A DNA stretch of 64,000 nucleotides, taken from contig OZ024753.1 in assembly GCA_964016885.1 (NCBI GenBank), positions 19,158,001-19,222,000 on the forward strand. The letters are read 5' to 3'. The notes beneath the pieces are model-generated. The model had not been told where the DNA came from, made no database searches, and saw only the letters and a list, made by a program, of their open reading frames with translations. The DNA is from Eledone cirrhosa. Lineage: Eukaryota. Below are positions 13,530 through 28,180 of this stretch, one piece after another (the first letter of the stretch is position 1; every line of letters begins with the position of its first letter). The position numbers and the translations under genes were made by a program.

Positions 13530-13665
13530 TTGGTGGTGGTGGTTGTGGCTGTGGTGGTGGTGGGGTACTGTGGTTGTGGTGGTTGTAGTGGTGGTAATGG
13601 TGCTGGCGGCGTTGGCGGCAGCTGTGGTGGTGGCTGTGGTGGTGGTGGTGCGCTGTTGTGATGGT
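13530..13665. repeat. (GGT)n-like low-complexity repeat
   Basis: Degenerate GGT/GGC/TGT triplets. Confidence 0.85.
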
Positions 13666-14329
13666 TAATATCATTAGTTACCAAAGTAATGCTCTCCATG
13701 GAGATTAGCCTGCACTACATCCAGCTTCCCATAAATTGTATTGTCATAAAGACCCTTCTATAGACAGGATCACGAGCATAGTTATCTTCTCCTGACGAGT
13801 CAATCATTTTTGAAACATATAAAGATAATCATTTTCATGTTCAGAGATGACAGTGGAATGTGGGCCTCCACTCCCATCTTTTCAAAGCAAGGCCTCCAAT
13901 ACACAAGCTATAATGATATGTATGTTAATCTATTCTCCTGATATATGTTGGTATATTATACATGTTGCAATGTTATTCAATGGCAGTGATGAAATAAGAG
14001 ACGGTTTACATCATATATACTTATAAAAGTCAATTCGCTATTATATAGTTGACCTTCAAGTTGATGTATTTGATATTGATTAAGCTGTAATGTAATAATA
14101 GAATGTTAACATATCCAATCTTAAATAATTATGTCGTAGTTGTTATTGTAATGTTTAATATTATGCTTAAAAAATATCCTACATCCTTCCTCAATAAATC
14201 TTTTTTTTTAATTCAATATCTTTCATACGATTTCCACGTTTTATATGTATTGATATTCCAAAAATCTCCTCACCACCAGAGTAAAAGATTTATAGGATAT
14301 TCCCGCTCTATCGATATACACAGTCAAAA

Positions 14330-14749
14330 ATAATTGTTTCTACTTTTGGCACAAGGTCAGCAATTATCCCAGTACATTACTGGTACTTTATTTTATCGAC
14401 CCCGTAAGGATGAAAGGCAAAGTTAACCTCGGCGGGATTTGAACTCAGTTCGTAAGGGGACGTAACTATGCTGGAAAGCATGGCGTCCGACCCTCTACCG
14501 ATACTGCCAATTCGCCGCCTTGTAATGTAATAATGGTTTCTTTCATAGGCACAAGGCCAGCAAGTTTGGGGGAGGGATAAGTCAATTAAATCGACTCCAG
14601 TACGTGACAGGTACTTTATTTTATCGACCCTGTAAGGATGAAAGATAAAGTTAACCTCGGCGGGATTTGAACACAGATCATGAAGGAGCGCAAAACTTTG
14701 CTGCAAAGCTTGAAGTCCGACCCTCTACCAATACTGCCAATCCACCGCT
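14330..14749 (-). mobile_element. Two tandem copies of a tRNA-related SINE with Meta-like body
   Basis: Minus strand: TGGCAGTATCGG (A-box-like), GAGTTCAAATCC (B-box), GCCTTTCATCCTTACGGGGTCGATAAAATAAAGTACC body. Confidence 0.75.
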
Positions 14750-15440
14750 CCATATACGGTCAATAATAATAAAGGTAACATGGCCTCCGTATGTTTCGAG
14801 GAGGATAGCTATACGTTAATTGATTAAGATGAATGAAATCTGTTGCTAGTCAAATTAAAGTGCCATGCGAGTGACTGAGCATTCTATAGAATTCTGGCAC
14901 TTTTAAAACAGTTCTAACGAATATGGAGATTGAAAGCGATAAGTTTGTCTCTTTGAATTACAGGTAAAACTGGTGTTTAGCAACTGAAATTACATGAACA
15001 GAACTCTTTAAACATTAAACCACAACCCTTTACACACATTCAGTATATTGATGAATAATGATGCAATTTTCCAAAGTTTTTACAGGGAATATTTCAGCCT
15101 AATTGAGGGCTAGATATGCGACATAAGATAAGAAATCGTCCCCTACTCTCGTCTATATGGTACGAGGCTATATGATCTGGAATGCTAATGTCTTCATTGT
15201 TGAATATTAAGGTTTACATCTAACACAAGATATTTACGTATATATTCAGCGATATCTAGAGTAATGATATCTATCAATGCCGCATCCCTTTTAACACAAA
15301 TTCTACCAAACATAAAGACTGTCAAAACTTTTGAGTAATAATTAATGGACCTGTTAATTTATACAGAGATATTCTGAAGGGATCATATTGAAATGGTGAA
15401 ACATTGTAAGTACTTGGAATGGTCCTAGCCTGAATGACTA

Positions 15441-15627
15441 TAATTGTTTCTACCTTTGGCCCAAGGTCAGCAATTACCCAGTACATACTGGTACTTTATT
15501 TTATCGACCCCCGTATGAATGAAAGGCAAAGTTAACCTCGGCGGGATTTGAACTAAGTCCGTAATGGGACGTAATTTTGTGCTGTAAAGCATGGCTTCCG
15601 ACCCTCTACTGATACTGCCAATCCACC
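15441..15627 (-). mobile_element. SINE, same family as 14330-14749
   Basis: Colinear sequence match. Confidence 0.75.
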
Positions 15628-15861
15628 TGAATGACTATAATGGAGTGATGCCACAGGTGTGAAATCTTGCATGCATGAATTTCATCTCCTTTTGTTAATA
15701 ACTGCATTGTTGCTTACTAGAAACTTATTTCATAGATTCTACAAACTTATTGAGTCCTTTTTTAATTGCAGTAACCTCCTTATTGATATAGAGAGACCAC
15801 CTAATATATATATATATATATATAATATAAGATATATATAATATATAGATATAAAGAAATG

Positions 15862-16332
15862 TTTCGCTCTACATGGCTGAATACAATAAATGTAATCTGA
15901 GTTTTCGATTATTAATAATAATAACATTCGATTCGTTTGCAATTATGCAAACGAGCGTCAATTGTGTACCCATGTCAGTAAAATGATCCCTTCATTCTTG
16001 CTCTTGTGTTGGCATGCGAACAGAACTGCAGACACTAATGTTTTGGGGTATTGCCCTTCATCAGTACAGCTCACTGTTCAACTGCGAACTGTCAGAGCTA
16101 GTGAAAATATAAGATATTTTCAAAAATACACAGTGACTGATCGGCCTGATTTGCATATTAGCTGACGGGCAGATCAGTCAGATCTGAATATTAGCAGATC
16201 CACTGATCAGCCAGATTTGCATATCAGCAGACTGGCCAGTCAGTTTCCTGTATACGAGTGATAAATGGCCGGCTTTGTCCAATTCAAATAAAACGAAACA
16301 AATTTCGCTCTACATGGCTGAATACAATAAAT
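15862..16332 (-). repeat. 441-bp unit bounded by a 30-bp direct repeat, containing a mutated hammerhead (16026-16069)
   Basis: TTTCGCTCTACATGGCTGAATACAATAAAT at 15862 and 16303; minus strand ctgta-CTGATGA-aggg-caata-cccc-AAAA-cattagtg-TC-tgcag. Confidence 0.7.
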
Positions 16333-16432
16333 AATAAATAAATATATATATATATATATATGAATTTCGTCCAGAAATATCCGTCGAAACGGCTTCTGCA
16401 CTGCCGTCGGGGTCAAACATTTTCGTCATTTT

Positions 16433-16499
<67 letters not shown>

Positions 16500-17411
16500 A
16501 AGGTACATATTGAGTTAGATGGAAACTCAAAATAGTTTCTTACAATAAAATACCTCTTGGAAAGAGATTGTTCCGAGCCGTAAGAGACTATTTTGAGTTT
16601 TTAACCTTTGATATATTCGGCTCCGTTAATTTGTTGAGCTAATTCAAATGTCGAGTAAACCTGGCGGGTATTTTTAGTTGTGCGAGTTTGTGAGACACAC
16701 TAAGTTCAGATACCATGTGCGTTGTTTTATATACGCAAACTATCCAGTTTTTAATATATTTAGAAGTGATGGGGATACTAATTCTTCAACCACCGATGAG
16801 CAATAATTGGTATTCCTCTTCACAATTAATATTGCGAAACAGCATAGACAAAGCTGCCTGGGTGATTGGTAGTTACCACAATTCCGGTTTGTATTTACTT
16901 TCTTGATCTATTCTTAAATCAAGTCTGGCAAACCCTATTGTCTATAGTTAGTATTCTTTTCACATTAGCGAATCTGGTCCCTTACGATTTGAACACATAT
17001 ATGTATATGTCTGTGTTCGTTTTTCTTTTATATTCAGTTATATATATATATGTATGAATGAAGTAATTCCGTCGGAAAAGTCCAAGGAAAAAGAGTGCTC
17101 TATGTAGGTAACAGAGCTTAATAGTTATGTAATAAACAACATAAGGCAATTATTTCATTTACCAGTGGTTTCTTAAAAGCAAAAAAAATGTTGCTTTCAA
17201 TCATCAAAGTGAAAAAAATCCTGGTGACATTGGATTTTAAAAACAAAAATGCAATCTATATGAAAGTGAGGCTGGAAAAAGAAGAAGGAAAGGAAAAATA
17301 AAATAAAAACAGACATGCAAACACACACACACACAATTATATACATATATATATATATATAGATATAGATAGGTAAATATACACGGGTGTGTATGATTGT
17401 GTATAGAAGAT

Positions 17412-18777
17412 TATATTAATAAGAGGAATTCCAACTTTGTCTGATTTACTCGGTTTATTTACAATCCTTTAATATATATAATGGTAATATAATGAAATAG
17501 TATGATAGAATATTAAATTCTAAGTGTTAATTGAACAAGTACTTTCATGCTTTCGCAATCTTCAGGTTCATAATATGTGGTGACAGTCGAGTTTGCAATT
17601 TTCAACTGTAATGAGATGGGTAAATTTCCTACCTTTTATACATTTTAACAGGGAAAAGTGGCTCCAGAATGCTAAGCCCTATAAACTGTATTTCGTCCAA
17701 TCAGTGTGTAGTTTCACTGAATTACTAAAGCTGATTGGTTTAAGCGTCACGGCTGGTTGAGCATGCTAATGACCAATAATCATATCCAAAGCATCAATTG
17801 TTTTGCTATTTTTAGAAATGATGAAAATAGCATTTTCTATTAATCATCACCATCAACATCACTTTTATTATTATTATTATTATTGTTGTTGTTGTTGTTG
17901 TTAGTGGTCGTGGTCATAGTGGTAGTAGAAGTAATACCCCTAAGCGTTATTATTCTTCATTTAGCTTGGGTTTGAATTTATCAATAAAATTCTTTTCTTT
18001 GATTTTTCTCTTGATTTCACTTGGGCTGTGTAATTTGTAGAATGGGAATATTATAAATATTCTCTGACCACATGTTGCTAGGTGGTTGCTTAGGGGTATC
18101 TGACGGACATTTGGGTCTCTGATTTGTTGACGGTGTACCCGTGCACGTTCCGATAGTGCATTTCCAGTTTGACCGACATATAGTTCTTCACAATTCGGGC
18201 ATTTAATGCAGTAAATTAGATTTCTGCTTTTGCAGTTCATATTTGCATTTGGGAATATTTTCCCAGTTTTTGTTTTCATATATTGACCGGCGTGTATGGA
18301 TTGACATGTGCCGCATCGACTATCATTGCATTTAGAGACAGTGAATGATTGGTCTTTGTTGTTAAGGTCAAACTTTGCTTTTGTTAGTAATTGCTTCAAA
18401 TTATTTGGCTGTCTTTTACTGAGTCAAAGATCGATCTGTGATTAAGCCTTTTAATTCATTACTTTGAGCAATGAGCGGTAGGTTTGCTTTGGAAGTGTTG
18501 AAGATATTCTGGTGACATGGGTTGTATGTCATTATAAATGGTATGACCAGTTCTTGGTTTCTTCTTCCTTGGGTTGTTCTAAGTTGTTGTATAGGTATTT
18601 TTATAGCCCGCTGTATGCCATTTTCTATAAGTAGAGATGGGTATTTTTGTTTGAGCAAAGATTCTCTTAGTTCTGTTATGCGTTTGTACCTGGTATTCGT
18701 ATCTTCTACAATGGTACAAATTCTTCTGGCTAGGCAGTATGGGATGTTGCGTTTTGTATGAGGTGGATGGCACGACT
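17412..18777 (-). repeat. Inverted pseudo-LTR of the Neptune-like PLE (copy of 21646-23020) including the GIY-YIG coding part and an HHR at 17532-17570
   Basis: Reverse-complement match; ORF 17950..18399(-) nearly identical to 21996..22475(+). Confidence 0.93.
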
Positions 18778-19163
18778 GTATATTTACCTATATATATCTA
18801 TATATATATTCCTATTGTGTATATGCCAACATGTCTGGAAAGCACCAAATGAAACCAACAGAATCAGAAAGAATTCTAAAGGAGATATCATCGAAATTAT
18901 CAACACTTATCACGATGATGGACACACAATCCTCTATTTTAAAGGAAATAGAAAAACAATCTACAGACGGAAAACATATAACTTAACATATAATCTCTGA
19001 AATTAAGAATTTAGCTGAAATTATACCAACAGTTATCAAAGATACAAGAGAAAGCCTACCACAACCCCCTTGGATGTCAGAAATAAACGAAAGAAATTTG
19101 GAAAACAAAACACATCGAATATTAAAAGAAATGTGGAAGTCATGGAAAAAATTCCTTAACATT

Positions 19164-19222
19164 GGCGGTGCCCCAGCATGGCCTCAGCCGGATGGCTGAA
19201 ACAGGTAAAAGAGTAAAAGAGT
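19164..19222 (+). mobile_element. Short SINE/LINE 3'-tail fragment inside the PLE
   Basis: GGCGGTGCCCCAGCATGGCCTCAG...GAAACAGGTAAAAGAGTAAAAGA; same motif at ~30143. Confidence 0.5.
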
Positions 19223-19279
19223 ATAAGAAAACAAAATTTCTGGAAAGCATACAGATGCGAAAAATATGTCGAAACACAT

Positions 19280-22200
19280 TTGAAATGGCTCTCTCTAACG
19301 GCACCCATACTCCCTCGTAAATACCTAATTACAGAAATTTCAGGAGAACCAGAAGAAGAAACAAAACTCCGATGGGAACTTACATTGACAAAATTCAGGA
19401 CCGACATCTCCATTTCTGAATGTAAACAATCCCGCTACAAAGCCAAATATGAAGCTATTGATGACCAAATTGAAGTTGAAATTCCAAAGCTAAGGACTGG
19501 TATTATAGCTGAAAAACTACGAGAACTATGGATCGGAGATATCTCAAAAGAAGAAAACAAATCAAGAAAGGTATGGCAGCAGAAACAATTATTTCTCGAT
19601 GAATATGCTGCAAATTACGGTAAAGACTCTGGAACCCTGAGAAAAAGCATTGAAAGTGGACAATCTCATCAACACAACATACGCCAGAACACGTGCCAAC
19701 ACAAACACTCACCTTACCTTGAATCAAAGAAGAACTACGGTAATAACTCTTTGCTTTTTCTACAAAAACACCCTATCGCACACAAAATGAACAAAAAGCA
19801 CAAACACGATAGATATTCCTTTGACCAGACCATGAGAAGTAGTAAAACCAGGAGATCATGCTCATGATCTCAACAGAGACTACCAACAAGGAATGTGGAA
19901 ACAAAACGTAGAATAACCAGAACACTCTCAAGATCTCAACAGAGATTGCCCACAAGAAACTGGACGAAAAAACGATCTAAACCTGAAAGCAAACCTAGGT
20001 CATTTTCCCAGATTATTAAAAATAATGCTAACAGGAAGAAAACTAATATACAGAATACCAAAAATACGACAAAATACATAACGAAACCAAATATAATATC
20101 ACGACCAAAAGTTCATCAAGCGAACACCAACAGGAATATAAATCCTGAACAGAGAAAAATCCATTTTTTAACGTCAGGACAACAAAAACCGAAAAAAAAA
20201 AAACTCCGGAGGAAACATACCCAAAACAACTGAAACGTAGATCCTAAAATAATTAATTTATCTAAAAGAGATCTTGACAATGATGAAATGCAAATTCTGT
20301 CAAAAGGACTGAAATTCACACCGAATCCAACAGTCAACCACCAAGAACTGAAGGAGGATACCCAAGAATTCTGTCGAAAATTACGTCTTGTAGAATTCTT
20401 CGCTGATAAAAATAATGAGAGTGATGAATTACTAGTAAAGAATAAATCAATTTTCACTCCGCCAAAAGGAAGAAATATCTATCTCGACCAATACATTGAC
20501 ATCCTGTCTAAATTTCCTCTTAGACATAATACTAATGTTAGGCCAAACATGAACAAATCAGAAATGTCTGCACTTAAACGTATACAAAATGATAAAACAA
20601 TAATAATTAAACAAGCAGATAAAGGGGGTGCAGTTGTTATAATGTATACTGAATACTACAAGGATTTGGTTGAGGAACAACTGAAAGACACAACATTCTA
20701 TCATGAAATACCGTCAAATATAGACCACAACATCATGAAGAAGATCAACAACCTGGCTTCAAAATACCACAACTCATTTACTGATAAGGTAAAAGACTAC
20801 ATCACCAATATTGAGCCGAAACCCAGCAACCTGTATGGCCTACCGAAAGTTCATAAGTCAAAAGAAATACAACTGGCAGTAAGAGAACAAAACAGTGAGT
20901 ACATTAAATTATTACACCCCAAAGACTTAAAACTTAGACCTATTATGGCTGGTCCAACATACCCCACCCAACGTCTAAGCAATTTTGTTGACATTATTTT
21001 GAAACCACTATGTATTCACATACCCAGTTTCATCCGGGATGATATCGACTTCCTGTCCCATCTTCCCAAAACCACGGAAATGAATTTACTTCTACTCTGT
21101 TTTGATGTGGTAAGCCTTTACACCAACATTACACATGATTTAGGAATAAAGGCGGTTAAATACTGGGGGGGAAAAACATAGAGAAGTGATTCCCATTAGA
21201 TTCACAGCGCCATTTATATTAGACGCAGTTAAACTTATTCTGGAAAACAACACTTTCTTCTTCAATGGAAAGAATTACATCCAAATTAGAGTTACAGCGA
21301 TGGGAACGAAGTTTGCTCCCGTTTACGCGAACTCTGTAATGGGATACTTAGAACAACAACTCTACCAAGAAATAGAGGAAAAATATAGTACTGACTTTAG
21401 AAAGTACATTGAAAAATCTTGGAAGAGATACCTTGACGACTGTTTCATCATCTGGATAGAATCTCTAGATACTCTGGATGAGTTCAATATCCTCCTGAAT
21501 AACCTACACCCATCTCTCCAATTCACAAAAGAGATGAGTAGGACCAAATTACCATTCGTAGATATAATGATAATCAAAAACGACACCACCATTACCACGG
21601 ATATATATTATAAACACACAGACACCCATCAATATCTGAATTTTAAGTCGTGCCATCCACCTCATACAAAACGCAACATCCCATACTGCCTAGCCAGAAG
21701 AATTTGTACCATTGTAGAAGATACGAATACCAGGTACAAACGCCTAACAGAACTAAGAGAATTTTTGCTCAAACAAAAATACACATCTCTACTTATAGAA
21801 AATGGCATACAGCGGGCTATAAAAATACCTATACAACAACTTAGAACAACCCAAGGAAGAAGAAACCAAGAACTGGTCATACCATTTATAATGACATAAA
21901 GCCTATATCACCAGAATATCTTCAACACTGCCAAAGCAAACCTACCGATCATTGCTCAAAGTAATGAATTAAAAGGCTTAATCACAGATCGATCTTTGAC
22001 TCTTAGTAAAAGACAGCCAAAAAATTTGAAGCAATTACTAACAAAAGCAAAGTTTGACCTTAACAACAAAGACCAATCATTCACTGTATCTAAATGCAAT
22101 GATAATCGATGCGGCACATGTCAATCCATACACGCCGGTCAATATATGAAAACAAAAACTGGGAAAATATTCCCAAATGCAAATATGAACTGCAAAAGCA

Positions 22201-22475
22201 GAAATCTAATTTACTGCATTAAATGCCCGAATTGTGAAGAACTATATGTCGGTCAAACTGGAAATGCACTATCGGAACGTGCACGGGTACACCGTCAACA
22301 AATCAGAGACCCAAATGTCCGTGAGATACCCCTGAGCAACCACCTAGCAACATGTGGTCAGGGAATATTTATAATATTCCCATTCTACAAATTACACAGC
22401 CCAAGTGAAATCAAGAGACAAATCAAAGAAAAGAATTTTATTGATAAATTCAAACCCAAGCTAAATGAACAATAA
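19280..22475 (+). pseudogene. PLE RT-GIY-YIG ORF broken by several stops/frameshifts
   Basis: Fragments 19280-19867, 19895-20233, 20288-21181, 21186-21899, 21996-22475 in expected domain order. Confidence 0.88.
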
Positions 22476-22861
22476 TAACGCTTAGGGGTATTACTTCTAC
22501 TACCACTATGACCACGACCACTAACAACAACAACAACAACAACAACAACAATAATAATAATAATAAAAGTGATGTTGATGGTGATGATTAATAGAAAATG
22601 CTATTTTCATCATTTCTAAAAATAGCAAAACAATTGATGCTTTGGATATGATTATTGGTCGTTAGCATGCTCAACCAGCCGTGACGCTTAAACCAATCAG
22701 CTTTTGTAATTCAGTGAAACTACACACTGATTGGTCGAAATACAATTTACAGGGCTTAGCATTCTGGAGCCACTTTTCTCTGTATAAAATGTATAAAAGT
22801 TAGGAAATTTACCCATCTCATTACAGTTGAAAATTGCAAACTTGACTGTCACCACATATTA

Positions 22862-22900
22862 TGAACCTGAAGATTGCGAAAGCATGAAAGTACTTGTTCA
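22862..22900 (+). ncRNA. Minimal type I hammerhead in PLE pseudo-LTR
   Basis: tgaac-CTGAAGA-t-tgc-gaaa-gca-t-GAAA-gtac-TT-gttca; identical at 17532-17570(-) and 38966-39004(-). Confidence 0.85.
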
Positions 22901-23366
22901 ATTAACACTTAGAATTTAATATTCTATCATACTATTTCATTATAATACCATTATATATTTTAAAGGATTGTAAATAAAACGAGTAAATCAGACAAAGTTG
23001 GAATTCCTCTTATTAATATATATATATATATATATATATGATAATAAGGGCGCTGCGGAGTTGCAAATGGGTTACATATGAAAAAAGTGTGTCCTTCATC
23101 AGTGATCTTCCAACTATCATAGGCATTTCATCGCTTTAAAGACCATATACCTCCGGTTGCTGCGAGCAACGGCTAAAAAATGTCGTTGGGACACGTAAAT
23201 AAAGGGGACGCGAGGGTAATACATACACACATACATACACACACACACATATATACACACACACACACATATATGTGTATATATATACATACACATACAT
23301 ATACACATACATACACACATAAATATCAACATATCCATACATACACATACATATATACATCTACAG

Positions 23367-23403
<37 letters not shown>

Positions 23404-23839
23404 CACATACACATACATATACATACACATATACATACACATACATACATACATACATACACACAATCATACGTATATACACACGTACATACATACACAT
23501 ACATACACCCATATATACACGCATACATACGCATGCACAAAAATAGAAATATATACAAACACCTCTACATACTCAGACACACAAATAAATATAAGAAAAA
23601 ATATATAATAATAAAAAACATAAAACTGAATATAAAGACTATTATAATGTTGACAGCGATACAGGCAACAAATAAATGAACAAACACACGTGGTAAGCAA
23701 TACACACAAATGCACGTACACATACATACGTAACAATAAATACATACACACACTCTCACACATAAATATACATATACAAATACATGAACACATAAATACG
23801 CATACACAATCACATACACACACATAGATATACATATAT

Positions 23840-23906
<67 letters not shown>

Positions 23907-24043
23907 CATATATAACCATACAAATATACACATAGATATACATACATATCACAAACACATACATACAAATACAAACACACACATATATATATATATGTGT
24001 AAAACTCATTCTTAGATAATTCATATGAACCTTATTTAACTCT

Positions 24044-24087
<44 letters not shown>

Positions 24088-24654
24088 CACTTATATACAC
24101 ATACATACATACTCACATACACATATATACCTACACACACATATATACATACACATACGTATGCATACGTACATACACACATACACACATATACATATAT
24201 AACTATATATATATATATATATATATATTGGTAAACGAAATAGAAAATGCTGACAAATTGTTCACAGTTGAAAAATATATATGAGAAAGAACATAAATAT
24301 TATATATATATATAAAAAATAAATATATATATATAAAAAATATTGTATATATAAAATAATAAAAATAAAAATGAAAATAAAAAGTTGGGAATACGACAAA
24401 TAATAAATAAAAAAATATATATTTAGAAAAGGGTATAAATGCTTATAGCAGATTTAGAGCACTCAACAAGTTCCTGGAGCAAAAGATCAATGAAAATAAT
24501 CATTAAATCACTATATATAATGGGGCATATGCATACACCCTTATACTTATATACATATACACACATATATACATATACACACATATATACACATATATAT
24601 ATACATACACACACAAAAACACAACCACTGAAATACAGACACACATACAATTAC

Positions 24655-24697
<43 letters not shown>

Positions 24698-24825
24698 CAC
24701 ACACACATAGGAAAAAGTCTGACCCCACGACAGAGCTCAAGCTTTTTCTGAGGCTATTATATATACACACAAAACCATTATATAAAAAAAATACATAAAT
24801 AAATATATATATGTATATATATGTA

Positions 24826-26148
24826 ATACATTAACAAAGAAAGCTTTAAGCAATACTCTGACCGCCTTTCGTCTCACTCAACAAACATTAGGATATACCT
24901 TAGTATAATCCCAATTTTACGTTTGGGGTGCTAACTATATGTATTTTGCGGATAGACAGTTGTATTATTTTATATGAGACATAATTAAAATACATCTCCC
25001 TTTCCTAACAATTGTTTCATTATAAGTTTTCTACAAGTTGGGAAAATATGTCCAGGTTATGTAGAAGCCTACACGTGTATAAATAATACATGCATATATT
25101 TATTTTTTTTAAATCTAATTGAGTTCTTCACACGTAAGTTTAAAATGATTTAAAGAATTAATTGACCCGCGTGCATATTATTTTCTTGTCTTATGTTTTG
25201 CGATGACCTCCCCTTTCCGCTTGATGACAGTGTGAAATTTCTCATTCTGAGATTGATGGAATTTCAAATTTGGCGGTCATTCTGACACGGAAGGGGACTA
25301 TCGCTGAACATTGGATATCGGCAAGAACATTTTTTTATATCGATATTTGACGGGCATCCACTGATGATTTATAAGTGCCCACCTGCATATATTCCTACGG
25401 ACTATGTGTAGGCTTCTACATAACCTGGACATATTTTACCAACTTGTAGAAAACTTATAATGAAACAATTGTTTGGAAAGGGAGATGTATTTTAATTATG
25501 TCTCATATAAAATAATACAACTGGCTATACGCAAAATAGCACCCCAAACATAAAATTGGGATTATACTAAAGTATACGCTAATGTTTGTTGAGTGAGACG
25601 AAAGCCGGTCTGAGTATTGCTTAAAGCTTTCTCTGTTAATGTATTAAATATTATACTCTTGATTTGGCCAGAGATGAATATTTCCAGATACATTTTAAGT
25701 GTAACTTTCCGTATATATTATTTGTATGAAATATTGATTGTTATTTTGGTATCTTATCTCTGTGTTTAGCCTACGAAAATATCTATATGCGTGTATAAAT
25801 AATACATGCATATATTTATTTTTTTTAAATCTAATTGAGTTCTTCACACGCAAGGTTAAAATTATTTAAAGAATTAATTGACCCGCGTGCATATTATTTT
25901 ATTTTCTTATGTTTTGCGATGACCTCCCCTTTCCGCTTGATGACAGTGTGAACTTTCTCATTCTGAGACTGGTGGAATTTCATTTCAAATTTGGCGGTCA
26001 TTCTGACACGGAAGGGGACAATCGCTTAACATAGGATATCGGTCAGAAATTTTTTTTTATATCGATAATTGATGGGCATCCACTGATGATTTATAAGTGC
26101 CCACCTGCATACATTCCTACGGACTATGTGTAGGCTTCTTCATAACCT

Positions 26149-26151
<3 letters not shown>
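24826..26151 (+). mobile_element. Non-coding HHR element: inverted partial copy plus ~1.5 tandem units of ~720 bp (duplicated at ~27525-28860)
   Basis: 24826-25074 is the reverse complement of ~25404-25648; CGTGTATAAATAATACATGC recurs at ~25074 and ~25790; (TA)n flanks. Confidence 0.8.
25357..25477 (+). ncRNA. Type I hammerhead with large branched insertion in stem II
   Basis: tcca-CTGATGA-t-ttataagt-[two hairpins]-acttataa-t-GAAA-caattg-TT-tgga. Confidence 0.8.
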
Positions 26152-26219
<68 letters not shown>

Positions 26220-26478
26220 AGTGAACTGAGAGGAAGCCAAATATGTTGAATTTCCTCAATTATTTTTTTTACAGAAATACAAAATTTAAGAAATTCAACA
26301 TATTTGGTCTCCTGTCATTTCAATTCATAATACATGTTCTCCGTACCGGCACCAGCAACATGTTTCGACATTGAAGATTGATGAGTTGCATAAAGTCGAG
26401 TGCTTTTCCCCATTTTACGTCAAGGTTAACATTGCAGAATGATCAATTCTTCCCAGCGGTAAACAACCAAATTCAAAC

Positions 26479-26596
<118 letters not shown>

Positions 26597-27358
26597 AAGT
26601 ATATATATGTATAAGTATATATATATATATATGTATAAGTATATATATATATATATATATACACATAAATATATAACCATACAAATATACACATAGATAT
26701 ACATACATATCACAAACACATACATACAAATACAAACACACACATATGTATATATATGTGTAAAACTCATTCTTAGATAATTCATATGAACCTTATTTAA
26801 CTCTAAAATATATATATATATATATATATACACATACACGTATTTACACAGACATACATACTCACATACACATATATACTTACACACACATATATAAATA
26901 CACATACGTATGCATACGTACATACACACATACACACATATACATATATAACTATATATATATATATATATATATGGAGAAAGAACATAAATATTATATA
27001 TATATATAAAAAATAAATATATATATATATATAAAAAATATTGTATATATAAAATAATAAAAATAAAAATGAAAATAAAAAGTTGGGAATACGACAAATA
27101 ATAAATAAAAAAATATATATTTAGAAAAGGGTATAAATGCTTATAGCAGATTTAGAGCACTCAACAAGTTCCTGGAGCAAAAGATCAATGAAAATAATCA
27201 TTAAATCACTATATGTAATGAGGCATATACATACACCCTTATACTTATATACATATACACACATATATACATATACACACATATATACACATATATATAC
27301 ACACACACACACACACACAAAAACACCACCACAGAAATACAGACACACATACAATTAC

Positions 27359-27394
<36 letters not shown>

Positions 27395-28059
27395 ATATAC
27401 ACACACACATAGGAAAAAGTCTGACCCCACGACAGAGCTCAAGCTTTTTCTGAGGCTATTATATATACACACAAAACCATTATATAAAAAAAATACATAA
27501 ATAAATATATATATGTATATATATGTAATACATTAACAAAGAAAGCTTTAAGCAATACTCTGACCGCCTTTCGTCTCACTCAACAAACATTAGGATATAC
27601 CTTAGTATAATCCCAATTTTACGTTTGGGGTGCTAACTATATGTATTTTGCGGATAGACAGTTGTATTATTTTATATGAGACATAATTAAAATACATCTC
27701 CCTTTCCTAACAATTGTTTCATTATAAGTTTTCTACAAGTTGGGAAAATATGTCCAGGTTATGTAGAAGCCTACACGTGTATAAATAATACATGCATATA
27801 TTTATTTTTTTTAAATCTAATTGAGTTCTTCACACACAAGTTTAAAATTATTGAAAGAATTAATTGACCCGCGTGCATATTATTTTCTTTTCTTATGTTT
27901 TGCGATGACCTCCCCTTTCCGCTTGATGACAGTGTGAAATTTCTCATTCTGAGACTGCTGGAATTCCAAATTTGGCGGTCATTCTGACACGGAAGGGGAC
28001 TGTCGCTGAACATTGGATATCGGCAAGAACATTTTTTTTATATCGATATTTGACGGGCA

Positions 28060-28180
28060 TCCACTGATGATTTATAAGTTCCCACCTGCATATATTCCTA
28101 CGGACTATGTGTAGGCTTCTACATAACCTGGACATATTTTCCCGACTTGTAGAAAACTTATAATGAAACAATTGTTTGGA
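28060..28180 (+). ncRNA. Duplicate of the hammerhead at 25357-25477
   Basis: Same core and stems; stem II ttataagtt/aacttataa. Confidence 0.8.

Larger units (their letters stand above)
18780..23020 (+). mobile_element. Neptune-like Penelope retroelement, near full length, disrupted
   Basis: LSKGLKFTP, ADKGG, YGLPKVHK, FDVVSLYTNI, TAMGTKFAP, RYLDD, SCHP, Cys linker CNDNRCGTC, NLIYCIKC..C..LYVGQTG. Confidence 0.92.

Noticed and set aside
13782-13828. Additional HHR-like cores (also ~3087, 23100, 31510-31552, 39517, 43327, 49303-49345, 50613)
   Set aside because: Core fragments present but stems or GAAA too degenerate to support
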